Shown: positions 24,783 through 37,065, numbered from the stretch's first letter. The stretch is 64,000 bases of DNA from Utricularia gibba (GCA_002189035.1 NEEC01000004.1:930001-994000); one strand, 5' to 3'. Made by a program: numbers and translations. The notes: generated by a model not told the origin, from the sequence alone.

Positions 24783-26061
24783 ATGAGCATGGCGGAGGAT
24801 AACGCGAATTCACTGAAGCAATACGGCGACGACGTCGATGAACGGCGAGCATTCGATGACACGAAAACAGGAGTAAAGGGCTTAGTCGAATGTGGCATAG
24901 GGAAGGTTCCTAGAATCTTCATTCAGCCACAGTATGATCCAGTCAACAGGCCAGAATCCTTCGATTTGAAACTCGAGTTTCCGCTGATTGATCTCGGAGA
25001 TATCGGCGAGCCGATCAAATGGAAGAAGGTGGTGGGTAAAGTGAGGGAGGCATCATCGACATGGGGATTCTTCCAAGTGATCAATCATGGAATTCCATCT
25101 CCTGTGATGGAACAGATGCTAGATGGGGTGCGAAAGTTTTACCAACAGGAACCTGATGAGAGGAAGAAATGGTACACTAGGGACAGAAAGAAGAGGGTTG
25201 TTTACAACAGCAATTTTGATCTGTATAATGCTCCTTCAGCGAACTGGAGAGACACTTTGTACTGTCAGATTGTTCCTGATCTGCCTAAACCAGAGGAGTT
25301 TCCCAGTATCTGCAGGTACCTTTCTATCTTCTTTTATTTGCTGCATCGTGTCAGTTGCAACATTCTCATCACATCCCCCCATGGTCTTTTCCTGTGTTTC
25401 AAATCCCGCAGAGAAGTGACAATTGAATACACACAGCATGTCTTGAAGCTGGGGAGAACCTTGTTCAGAGTGATGTCTGAGGCTCTTGGCTTGAAAACCA
25501 ACTATCTGGAAGAAATGAAATGTGCTGAGTGGCTTGCTATACTATTCCATTACTATCCAGAGTGCCCTCAGCCAGAGGTGACATTGGGAACCAGTCCTCA
25601 CACCGATAGAGATTTCCTCACTGTGCTTCTCAATGACAGCATCCCCGGTCTCCAGGTTCTTTATCATGATCAGTGGGTTGATATCCCCCTTTGCCTGGTG
25701 CTTTGTTGTCAACATTGGAGATCTCCTTCAGGCAAGCATTCCAATATCAACTTGCCGGATCCTTCGGATCCCCAATTTCTTCTGCCTACTTTCTAAAGGC
25801 TTTTTTGGTACCTTGCAGCTAGTTTCAAATGACACATTCGTTAGTGCTAGCCATCGGGTGCTGGTGAACAATGCCCATCCGAGAATTTCAGTTGCGTGCT
25901 TCTTCAATGGTGATCCGAGGGCATCTACTGCCCCCATCACTGAGCTCCTGTCTGAAGGCAATCCACCAAAATACAAACCCACAACTATTGCAGAGTATGT
26001 TAACTTCTACAACGCCAAGGGATTGGATGGAACATCTACTTTGGTACATTTCCAGATCTGA
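24783..26061 (+). CDS. 2-oxoglutarate/Fe(II) dioxygenase, ACC-oxidase-homolog (DOXC) type, two apparent 1-nt deletions
   Basis: FDDTKTGVKGLV, WGFFQVINHGIP, FDLYNAPSANWRDT, HYYPECPQPEVTLG..HTD (HxD), SHRV (distal His) and RISVACFF (RxS). WVDIPPLPGA(L/F)VVNIGDLLQ needs +1 at 25685-25689 and +1 at about 25702-25705. Intron 2 (25732-25818) has a GC donor. Confidence 0.9.
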
Positions 26062-26182
26062 GTCTTACGCTTGAGAGGTGGTTTTGCTGATGCATTCTTC
26101 TCAGCTGCCCTGTTTTATTGCTCAAAAATAGCATACAGAATACAGACAGTGAGTAAAAATAAATACCATAAAGTTTCAGTGC

Positions 26183-27379
26183 TCAAATAACACGGGCCTC
26201 GTTCTTTAATTTGTCAATAAGTTCATCTACTGAAGAGAGCATAACCCCAGCTTTCCGCTTTGGAGGTTCTGTCACCTCAATAACCTCCAGATCAGACTTG
26301 ATCTCAACCTCCAAATCTGCTGGAGTGAACTTCTTGATTGGCTTTGATTTTGCCTTCATGATGTTGGCAGAGTTGCATATCTCGGCTGGTTTAGCCTCAA
26401 ATCCGTCCTGCACGTACGACATATTAACCATGTTAGTCGCAAACCACAAACCAATACTTTGATAGAATTCTTACGTGATTACAGCAGGTAAATCCAAGCA
26501 CAATGTCTCAAGACCACCATCTACTTCTCTGTCCACAGTTACAGTCTTTTCTTCAAGCACAACCTGACAAACAACAAAAAAGGAATGTTTGACATGTATC
26601 AGCGGCCACAGAGCTTCGGTTATAGCAGAAATGAGTAAAGGCTTCGAGCTAAGACTTGCCAAACAAATAGGTAACAAGAGCTGCTAACCTTAGAAACAAA
26701 TGTCCCTTGTGGCCATTCAAGTAGCCCGGCAACCATTTGCCCTGTCTGGTTACAGTCATCATCAACAGCCTACACCCATATCCAAACAATGAGATCAATA
26801 TCCCAAACCATTATATTTGAAACAAGCAGAATTAAAGTCTACACGCGTTATGAACCATGATAGAAGATTCAAGAGAGACACTTCAGTCTCAGACAACTAT
26901 CTCCATATGGGAAATATCACAAGGTGCGACCTATAGCACCCACCTGTTTTCCAAGTAGAAGAAGCTCTGGTTTCTCCAAACCAACAAGGGCCTTAAGAAT
27001 CTTGGCGATGGAAAGCGGGTAAAGTGCGCCGGTGTAGTCGACGTGAATGCCGCGATCAGCTCCCATAGCGAGCCCCGTTCTAAGCGTATCGACACACTGT
27101 GCAGGACCAATACTAACAGCAACCACCTCAGAAGCCCGACCCGATTCCTTGATTCGGAGCGCCTCTTCCAGAGCAATCTCGCAAAATGGGTTCATGGACA
27201 TCTTCACGTTCGAGGTCTCCACGCCACTCTGGAACAAAATCAAAATCCAAAGCTAAATTCCAATTCAAAGCTCCGATCTTCCATAACCGAAGCGACTCCA
27301 CTTCCCTTACCTTGTCCGGCTTGACCCGAATTTTGACGGCGTAATCCACAACCCGCTTGATAGCTACCAGTATCTTCAT
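26183..27379 (-). CDS. ETFB: Electron transfer flavoprotein beta subunit (mitochondrial), one apparent 1-nt frameshift
   Basis: [75 protein letters not shown] and [29 protein letters not shown] needs +1 nt at 26364-26367. Confidence 0.95.
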
Positions 27380-27676
27380 TCCTGCTCCCTCTAGACACAC
27401 CCACACAACAGAGAATCCACCTTCAGATAAAATTTGCGCATTCCACTATATGCATAATAATATATTATAATGCAATTTAAAATGTCTAGAAGTAAAAAAA
27501 AAATGAAAATAAGCATATTTATGTACATCCTACTACTACTTTTGTAGGCTCACGAAGAGGCGGCCCAACCGTGGAGCTAAAAAAGCCCACATTTTCCGGC
27601 CCAAACAATCTATCTACGGCAGTAAAAATCGAATCTTGAACTGTGAAAGAAGAGGGAGGTAACAAATTTGTTACCA

Positions 27677-28554
27677 TCACCCATTTCTTCTGTTGTGCCT
27701 GGTGGTGTGGTAGTAGACGTAGTAGTTACTGCAGCAAATATCCATGTGATACCTTCCTCCAACTCCAGATTTCGCAGAAGAAGAAGAAGAAGATATCTCT
27801 CTTTGAACCATCAAATGTGGTTTAGGAGAATGCCCAAGCTGATGTGAAATGTTGGGAGAACTCTGTACCTTGAACATCAGGGCACCTCCACCTCCAGGGG
27901 CGCTCCTCGGCGAAGGCGATGCCTCGTTGTTCACCGCTTCCGCCGTGTAACTGCCGATGGACCTTGGGGAAGACCCGCCGGACGAGGGCTGATAATGAAT
28001 GAAGTTGAAGGTTGGACTCTGTTTGACGGAGTACGGAGGAAGGCGGATCACGCCATTGATGGCGTCAATGTAGCGCTGCTCCGGTAGATGAGGGTCCAGA
28101 GGGCAAGTTTGATCCTCCATGATGATTGGGTTTGAGGGGAAGAGGAATGCTCGGAGTCTCGAGATTCCTTGGTTTTCGTGGCGGGTAATTTCGTCGAACA
28201 TGTGGCGGGCATCTTCGTCCGACTTGACGGAGACGAGAACATCGAGATCCTCGGAGGCGATTTGGTATTTCAACACCATTTGCTCCTCAATTTGGTAAGT
28301 CAAACTCTTCATCAAATCTGCGAACCCTCCCGGAAAATGCACCATTTATGATTCCTTCAAATCCACAGAAGACGAAAACAAAAAAGAATGGAATTCGTTA
28401 CACCGCTGGCACCTGGGAAAGGGATGCCACATTGAACGGAGAAGACGCGGGTTTCGCCGCCAACGTATTTGAGGTTGCCATCGGCGGGGCGGGGGAGAAT
28501 TCTTCCGCCGTGGCTGCACAAGAATTTGAGGGGGGCTCGCGATGGCATCCTCAT
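27677..28554 (-). CDS. PB1 (octicosapeptide/Phox/Bem1p) domain protein
   Basis: [29 protein letters not shown], a GT-AG intron at 28318-28412, then [26 protein letters not shown] and SRLRAFLFP. Confidence 0.85.
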
Positions 28555-28862
28555 TCCATTCACGGACAAGCAAATAAGATATATTATTTATTAAAAATAA
28601 TGAATGAAAATCGTATTCTCATTACAAAAGAAAATGATAAGAAATGGGATCCAAATTGATGAATGGGAAAGCTCAAAGCATCATGGACATCAAGGAGGTG
28701 TTGATACAAAGTCAAATAAAATTATTTTTATATAATACACATTAACTAATGATTATTAAATAATTTTTCTACCAAACACATTCAAATTCTACAAAATGCC
28801 CCAGTCATCGTTCAAGCCACTCTACTTACTCTTTAGATATGTAGTATCTTAATTTAATAATT

Positions 28863-28870
28863 GAATATTC
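28863..28870. promoter_or_regulatory. P1BS (PHR1-binding GNATATNC) candidate upstream of PHT1
   Basis: GAATATTC, about 980 bp upstream of the PHT1 ATG. The match is exact, but it could occur by chance in AT-rich DNA. Confidence 0.4.
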
Positions 28871-29846
28871 AAAACAAATAATATCATATAAATAGAATAT
28901 GAGTCCAAAACCGATAATCGAATTATCCAAAACTAGTTAACTGTTGAGTTATAAAAAAACAGTTAACTGCTTAAACTCATAGGCTAATTGAAAACATAGG
29001 TTAGTGTGAATACTACCAAGACCCGATTAAGAACTTGGTCAAGGGAGACGGCGCCTTTCCACATTTTTCTAAATTCAAGGTCTTCCAAGACAAATGAACG
29101 CGCGTCACTTCTCGGAAACAGTCGCCACTAACAGTAACAGGACAAGAGCATTGACCCGGTAACGCGTAGCAGCCACTGCTTTATCACCCGATCAGGATAG
29201 CCATGGCGCGTTGCCAACCCTCGCGGGACCAGAAAAATTATTTTCTACTCGTAATTTGTTTATTTGAAAAAGACCGAGCCAGTCAATTATTACCCAGAGA
29301 TCAAATCCAAGCATTTAGGTAAATAGAGTGAGGGAGTGATTGAAATTTGAAGTACACAAATTTTTCTCAACCCACTCTAAACAAAAACAAAAAAGAAAAA
29401 GACTTTAAGGGTGAGTTTGGTATGTGGGTATTTATGGTATATAAATTAGGTTTCAAAATAAACATTTGTTTGATTAATTATTTTTCTTTTTTCATAATCC
29501 TTTTTTAAAATTCGGGTTTCGTTATTAAATCTAGGTTTTGGATATTTTTGTGAACTCACCGATAAGATGAGTTTTGTAATAATAAGATAATAATTGTCTA
29601 TTTTACTCTTCTATTCAATCAAACACATATTTTATTATTTCTTATAAAATAAACTATCATACCAAATTAATTAAAACAATCCATGAAAGTTTTATTTTAC
29701 TTAGTTTTTAAAAGTAATCTAATACTAAACATGATATCAAACTAGCTCTTACAGTCGAGATGTATAAGTATGGGGTTGCAGTGAGGTGAGGAGTCAAGGA
29801 GTGGTTAGTAAGAGTCTTCTTCCCTTCCGGTGCTTGCCGTACGACA

Positions 29847-31450
29847 ATGGCGAAGCAGTCTCTGCAAGTGCTCAACGCGCTCGACGCCGCCAAAACGCAG
29901 TGGTACCATTTCACTGCCATAGTCATCGCCGGGATGGGCTTCTTCACTGACGCCTACGACCTTTTCTGTATCTCCCTCGTCACCAAGCTTCTCGGCCGGA
30001 TTTACTACCACCACGAAGGCGCCGGGAAACCCGGCACCCTCCCCCCAACGTCTCCGCCGCTGTCAATGGGGTTGCATTCTGTGGGACTCTAGCTGGACAG
30101 CTCTTCTTTGGCTGGCTCGGGGACAAGCTTGGCCGGAAGAAGGTGTACGGAATGACTTTGATGTTGATGGTGATATGTTCGATTGGATCGGGTCTATCCT
30201 TCGGAGATCGTCCGCAGGCGGTGATGGCGACGCTATGTTTTTTCCGATTCTGGCTCGGGTTCGGTATCGGCGGCGACTACCCGCTCTCCGCCACGATCAT
30301 GTCGGAGTACGCCAACAAGAAAACTCGTGGGGCGTTCATCGCCGCCGTCTTCGCGATGCAGGGATTTGGGATTTTGGCCGGAGGTCTGGTCGCAATTGTC
30401 TTATCAGCCTCTTTCATGGCGGCGTATCCAGCACCGGCGTACCAAGAGAACGCCGCTGCGTCTACCGTCCCTCAAGCCGACTATGTCTGGCGGCTGATTT
30501 TCATGTTCGGCGCTCTTCCCGCGTTGCTGACTTACTACTGGCGGATGAAGATGCCGGAAACCGCCCGCTACACGGCGTTGGTGGCGAAAAACGCGAAACA
30601 GGCGGCTTCGGATATGTCGAAAGTTCTGCAAGTAGATATCGAAGCGGAACAAGAGAAGATTGACACAATCGTCGAATCAAGAAGCAACGACTTCGGCCTT
30701 TTCTCGAAACAGTTCCTCCACCGCCACGGCCTCCATCTTGTCGGCACAACCACCACGTGGTTCCTGCTCGATATCGCCTTCTACAGCCAAAATCTCTTCC
30801 AGAAAGACATTTTCACGGCGATCGGATGGATTCCCCCTGCGAAAACCATGAATGCTCTCGAAGAAGTCTACAGAATCGCCAGAGCTCAAACTCTGATCGC
30901 TCTTTGCAGCACGGTTCCTGGCTACTGGTTCACCGTCGCCTTCATCGATAGAATCGGCCGATTCTGGATTCAGCTGATGGGATTCTTCTTCATGACTGTC
31001 TTCATGTTTGCTTTGGCCTTTCCATATGACCACTGGACTCACAGAGACAACAGAATAGGCTTCGTGATAATGTACTCTCTCACCTTCTTCTTCGCCAACT
31101 TCGGGCCTAACGCAACAACATTCGTTGTCCCTGCTGAAATCTTCCCAGCACGGCTGAGATCCACCTGCCATGGCATCTCAGCTGCAGCCGGAAAGGCAGG
31201 AGCCATAATCGGAGCATTCGGATTTGGCTACGCATCTCAATCCAGAGATCCCGCGAAGAGGGATGCTGGTTATCCTGCTGGAATTGGAGTGAAGAACACC
31301 CTCATCGTGCTTGGATGTGTCAATGCTCTGGGGATGCTCTTCACGTTGCTGGTGCCGGAGTCCAAAAACCGATCCCTGGAGGAGATTTCTCAGGAGAATG
31401 AGGAAGACGACCAGGAAACCTCCTATGATCACAGAACAAATCCTCTTTAG
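29847..31450 (+). CDS. PHT1: High-affinity phosphate transporter PHT1 (MFS), intronless, one apparent 1-nt frameshift
   Basis: [40 protein letters not shown] and the signature [13 protein letters not shown]. Adding one C to the C6 run at 30041-30046 restores [38 protein letters not shown]. Confidence 0.96.
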
Positions 31451-31774
31451 GGAGCTTCTTGCATTCCCCCATCTGGAATCCCTGCCCCTGTAGTCCTCAT
31501 GAAGCTTTACTCAACCCATTGTAATCTATGTATCTGCAATGAACAAGTCTATGTATCTGAAATTTGAATAAGACTTCATTAGGCAAAATGTAAAGGTAAC
31601 CGGAAAATGCAGCACTTGGGAGCAGAAGTGAAGCCTCTACATGGTGAGAGAGCTCCCAATCAGGGTTTCCACTAAGCCAACTTGCTCACGGATAAATGGA
31701 AACCTTCACAGGAGGGCACAATGAGCAAGCATTATTTCGATGGAGGAGATGACAATGATGGAAACTTGATGAGA

Positions 31775-32102
31775 TCAATTGGCACGCTCCTTGATGATAT
31801 CCATGTCCATCTCATTTGGAAAAATGATGCGGGAGACTGAGGGTGACATGAGAAAGAGCACTTTGATCAGTAGTCAGCATAAGCTCATATTCGTTCCCTT
31901 TAAACTAATATGCAATTACAGACCATGCAATGAAGAGTATCTTGCTCTTTCGACATTTATAGAAGTGTCACTAAATCGAAGTAGAAAACCGCACTCTCTG
32001 GCAAGCAGTAAAACGACAGAATTTCAACTCATTCACCAAGATCGCAATGCAAAACATATCTTCAAGTCATTACCCAAACCTATGTGTTGCTGACTTCCCC
32101 AT
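31775..32102 (-). CDS. Predicted 52-aa microprotein, three coding exons, family not recognised
   Basis: Exons 32102-32080, 31997-31924 and 31836-31775 (23+74+62=159 nt) are separated by GT-AG introns of 82 and 87 nt and keep the frame. Product: MGKSATHRECGFLLRFSDTSINVERARYSSLHVSRIIFPNEMDMDIIKERAN*. A probable 5'UTR intron spans 32138-32545, with site II motifs upstream. Confidence 0.6.
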
Positions 32103-32623
32103 TAATCGTATTCCAAAATTTTAGAACAAAAGCCCAACTACAGTCAAAGTTTGAAAGACAAGGCTGATCTTCAGGCACCGAAAATAACAAATGGAATGGC
32201 ATAGAAAAAAATTGCCAGAATAAGCACAAAAACGAGTTCCTCCAAACCGGCACCAAACAATTAAACACCATAATCAACCCATCATCCAAGGAACACTTCA
32301 TTCAACGCAAACGAATCAAAATAAACTAATATACATGAATTTATGGCACTCACCATTTGGAGCCGTTCAAAAATACAAACGAATCACAATCAAACGCAAG
32401 CGAACAAGCAATATAATAAACAAAAAAGAAACAACGGAAAATCTCGAAATCAATATTCAGGGCGCGAAAACTGACCACGCCCCCGCGAAATGCACGAAGA
32501 TACAAGACAGCAGGCAGAAAACAGAAATTCAGATGCGATAAATACCGGCGGAGATACGAGATGCCAGGTAGAAGGTGTGCAGCAGCAGCAAGCAGCAAAT
32601 TCCTTGATGACGAAAAGACAACC

Positions 32624-32810
32624 AGCCCAATACTCTCTCCAACAGCCCAAATAAGGCCGGCTCATATCTCACCCAATAAATAATCTTTACCAACCCACTG
32701 GGCTTCTCAACTTACCTAATTTTGGTTCCTCAGGTTTCCAAATCCGAATCGCTTATCCCAAACCAAGAATTGGGCTAGAAAGCCCGTTGGGCCGGAGTGT
32801 GTAGGCCCAT
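32624..32810. promoter_or_regulatory. Cluster of site II-like (TGGGCY/RGCCCA) elements, housekeeping-type promoter
   Basis: Repeated AGCCCA, TGGGCT, TGGGCC and GGCCCA motifs directly upstream of the minus-strand leader exon of the microprotein gene. Confidence 0.5.
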
Positions 32811-33344
32811 TTGAACTACTACACATACAAGGTGTGGACTGAGGAGAGAGTTCTCGATCATCACATGGTCATGTTGGAAAAAGAAGCTCACTCAGACGAC
32901 AAATGACCCACTTAGCCACCTTCTCCATGTTACAAAATAAAAAAACATTATTAAATCCGGGTCTCGGGTCATACTTCGTTGCTCAGAGATTGGAATGCGA
33001 TAGTGTTCCACACCACTAGGAACATTGGCATTCATCCTCAAACACTATTCTAAATTTCATTACAGAATAGCTAAACACTAGAATCTTCAAAAAATTCATA
33101 GCACAGGCCCTTGAAACATTGACTTTAGTAAGGATTCACACAGCCGTCATGGAATTTGGAGGGCAGAGCAGTCCTCCCCGAGAGATACGAAAGCATCTTG
33201 TAGATATGAAAAAGGCAGGATGGACTGCAAGTCGTGAGGAGGGGATGCTGAACAGGAGGAACAGGGAGAGGGGTGGATGCCGCCAGCGTGGAGGGTTGAG
33301 TCACGGCCGGTCAGAAGTTGTCCATCCGCAGAAGCGAGCGCAGA

Positions 33345-33370
33345 GATGGATGGATGGATGGATGGATGGA
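33345..33370. repeat. (GATG)6 microsatellite upstream of LSH
   Basis: Read directly from the sequence. Confidence 0.9.
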
Positions 33371-33624
33371 CGTGTGAGGCAGCAGCCCTACTGCGGCAAA
33401 GGCGTTCTCTGTTAGGAATGTGAACCTTAGCCATAAAGGAATGGCATCCGCAGTCCGCACTCTAACTCAGATGAAACCCGGAAATCTTTCGGACACCAGG
33501 AAAAGGGATGGCTGCTTTTGTTTAAATACTGCTTTTGCCTTTTTATTGGTTCACTATTCGGGTTGTAAACCCTAATCATTTGTTTCAAGTTCGATCAACA
33601 GTGGCTTCTGTAGATCGGAAGCCC

Positions 33625-34316
33625 ATGGACCACCGTACGGCGACGTCTTCCGAGGAGATCCCAGGCGCCGACCCCGCGATTCGGGATCTCAACATCGCGG
33701 TCGCCCCGCCCTCCGGGTCGCCGCCGCCGCTGGGCCCTCCGCCTTGACGTCTCCTCCTCCTCCTCCTTCGGCTTCGGCCTTGTCTTCACCCACCACGCTC
33801 AGCAGGTACGAGAACCAGAAGCGCCGCGACTGGATCAGCTTCGGGCAGTACCTACGCAACCACCGCCCCCCGCTCTCTCTCGCCCACTGCAGCGGCGCCC
33901 ATGTCCTGGAGTTCCTCAGGTACACACATGTAGAACCGACCAATCAAACTGCTACGCCTGTGTTGCTGTACTTCGGTTTCAAGACACGGCCATTTTTGTT
34001 GCCCCAGGTACCTCGACCAGTTCGGGAAAACGAAGGTACATACTCCAGGGTGTCCCTTCTACGGTCAACCGAATCCCCCGGCGCCCTGCCCGTGTCCCCT
34101 CCGGCAAGCCTGGGGGAGCCTCGACGCCCTCATCGGCCGCCTCCGCGCTGCTTATGAAGAAAATGGGGCAACCCGGAAACCAATCCCTTCGGCGCAAGGG
34201 CCGTACGGATCTTCCTCCGGGAGGTCCGCGATTCACAAGCCAAAGCTAGAGGCGTCAGCTACGAAAAGAGGAAGCGCAAGAAACCACCCCTCCACCAACA
34301 ATCAAATCCCACCTAG
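33625..34316 (+). CDS. LSH: ALOG/LSH (DUF640) transcription factor, one intron, two apparent 1-nt frameshifts
   Basis: [38 protein letters not shown], intron 33920-34007, then [63 protein letters not shown]...YEKRKRKK. It needs +1 C near 33704-33707 and +1 G at 34165-34168. Confidence 0.93.
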
Positions 34317-37065
34317 AAAAACCAAAGAAAAAAGCGGATCATTCATCTCGAGCCATTAAAAAAAGGTAAACTAATTCCATTTCGCAAGAACAATCATTCC
34401 CATTCCACTTCTGCTGCGACGTCTCAGTTGTTGTATTTTTGAAATCTCCAAGGAGAGGAGGAGGCTGCAAAATCTCGGACTGTACGGTGTAAGAGTGGAG
34501 ACAATGTATTGTCGTCACTGTGCCTTTGCCCTGGCGTCCCTGACGTTCCCATTAGTGTTATCGTCACTGAAATAATAATATTTATTTTTATTATCATCAT
34601 CATCATCATAATATTATTTATATTATTAATTAAATGTGGACAGAGTAATTTAAGGAGAAGACTCATGGTTCTGAAATCATTACCTGCCATGTTTTGTCGG
34701 TAGCGTCAAATTTTCTATTTATGGTGCTACTTTCACTTCTTTTCAGGCTAACAGTTCCCCTCCTTTTTATAGAAAAATAGGATTTTCTCATTTATTAAAC
34801 AAAATAAATTCATTTATTCCTTTTTTTTTTTCAACTTGCATTTTTATTTTACAACTCTGTACTCCAGTCAAGTGGATCATGATAAGTTTGTTGTTTCCCT
34901 ATATTTTTTCATAAATAACATTTTTTTATTGTACAAGGTTTATTTAAATAGATTTTTATATATTTCCACGTAAAACATGAAAATTGCGCTCATGGGTCCC
35001 ACGTAAAACCCTAATTTACATGCTTAATAGGCAGGGTGGGTAGATGAGTGATGATTTAAGTGAGCAGTGAAATTAGGGTTTTGAAACCCTAGCTGCTGGA
35101 ACTCTGCCACATGGCGTTTTTCCATTGGGGCGCGTGTCCTTTATTCTTTACCAATGCAGTAAACGCTGGACTGAGTTGGGATTTGATGTTAGACCAAAAA
35201 AGTGGAAAAAAAATCACTGTGGCGTATGCTTGATTTGATAGTATATTTTAATTTATTTGATATTAAATAATATTTTTAATAATAAATCATGTACGTTATA
35301 TAAAGTAAATACATTTTTATATATTACTACATGAGACTAAGTATTTGTTTGGTGTAAAAATAATTTTACTATACAAAAAATAAGAATATGAATTTAGAAT
35401 AATTTTTATTTTTAAAACTTCAAATTATAGTTTTTATTTTTATTACCATTCTAATATTAACAATTCAAACACAAGAATAGTTAAAATTTAAAGTATACGA
35501 TTTAAAATAAAATGAATCTGATCTTATATTCCATTTTAAAATACTTTTTTTAAAAAATTAAAAATATGGCAGCAATTTTTACTTTCATAAATTACGAATC
35601 TCGTCTTCTATTTTATTAGAAATGATATTTTGAAAAATGTTTTTCTAAATACAACTAATGTGATTATCATAACACACTACACCCCTTAATTTTCAATAAA
35701 AACGAATAAAAAATTCAAAATAATCTAAAACTAATTTAAAATTAAATCATGCATTTAGAATGAAACTTATTACAGTCTCATTAATATACCAAGTTCTTAG
35801 GTGTATTAGAAAAATAGATATTCTTATTTGAGTATATGAAAAAAAATAGTAAAAAATTGATTGTAATATATTAACGAGAAAGTCGGTATGGTTACTTACA
35901 GATACATGGGGTCGACATATTTATGTTTTTGAGGTTGGAAAAGAAATAAATTAAGGTTATGTCAGAAGGCGTTGAGGTTCAATGAATGAATGACACTTGC
36001 CAGCGATGGAACTCCTGAGGCGCGTTGTTCCGAACACGAAGAATCTAGTTCATTGTTGGTGCTTGCATTTTTGGGCGTGGGGCTTCGGTGCGGTGCCAGT
36101 TAATTTCCATTTTTTCGGAATTGAGAATTAAAAAAAATGCATCGAAATTCAACTAGGGATGGGATGTCGGATACGGAGCCGGAGTTCGGGTCGGGCGTGG
36201 AGTGCTTTTTTTTTTCTTTTAAAAAAATGGGGTGTTATTTATGGCAACCGACGGCCGGGGGTCCAATCATGGGTCGGGTTGATACCCAGATCAAGGACTC
36301 CACCTTCGGCGTACTGTTCAAGTTTGTAGATCGCACAGCAGATCTACTTCGTTTCACATTTTACTGGTTTTGGGAGTCGCCATCACTGCCACGTTCACTG
36401 CATACGCCCTGCAAAAACCCCTCTGTTTATCTGCAATCTACATTTACATTTTCTTGCACATTTTTCCGTTCTTCGGTGTAGTCCAGATCTGGATCGGTGG
36501 TCAGTTCGTGGGTGATTCTTTGGTCTTTTGGAACGCTGGGACTCAAGGTTTTTCATACTGTGTTTCCCTGATCCCGCTTGTTGTCGTTGAATTAATGATG
36601 GAAATTTTAGTGGCGAAGCTAGATCATGGAAGCTTTGTCTTTTTCTTCTGCTGGTTTGTATGTATGTTTGGCTTTCTGTGGTGTTTAGTTCGGATGTCAA
36701 ACCTATGCCTTTTGGCAGAATCTCACTCAATTACGTGCTTTTGATCATTATGAAGCGTAAAAGAACAGCTTTGAATCTTAAGTGGTCTGGGTTTACCTCG
36801 GAGCTTTTGAAATCAGAATGGTTACCTTGTGCTCTCCGTGCTTTCATGCAGTGAATGTGGGCCTTTTCTTTTAGAAGCGATTACCTATTAAAAAGTGGAA
36901 GGTGAATCCATCTATAACGGGAGGTTACTAATCCGTTGTGTATTTTAGCAGGTAGCTCTGTACGCTACTTTCGACGTCAGTTCCCTCAGGGTGACCAGTG
37001 TTCCTGGGTTGCTGTATGTCGTTTGACCTAACACGTGCAATTTGGAAGCGAAGTTTGAGATAGTA

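Noticed and set aside
31789-31842. Box C/D snoRNA-like motifs (TGATGA 31792, CTGA 31837) on the plus strand
   Set aside because: The span is only about 50 nt, the terminal stem is weak, and I recognised no rRNA complementarity. The motifs are the antisense of exon 3 and the splice acceptor of the microprotein gene.
36137-36854. ORFs of 114, 124, 111 and 64 aa upstream of PMT
   Set aside because: They fall in the PMT promoter, leader exon and leader intron. They are low-complexity Phe/Leu-rich translations.
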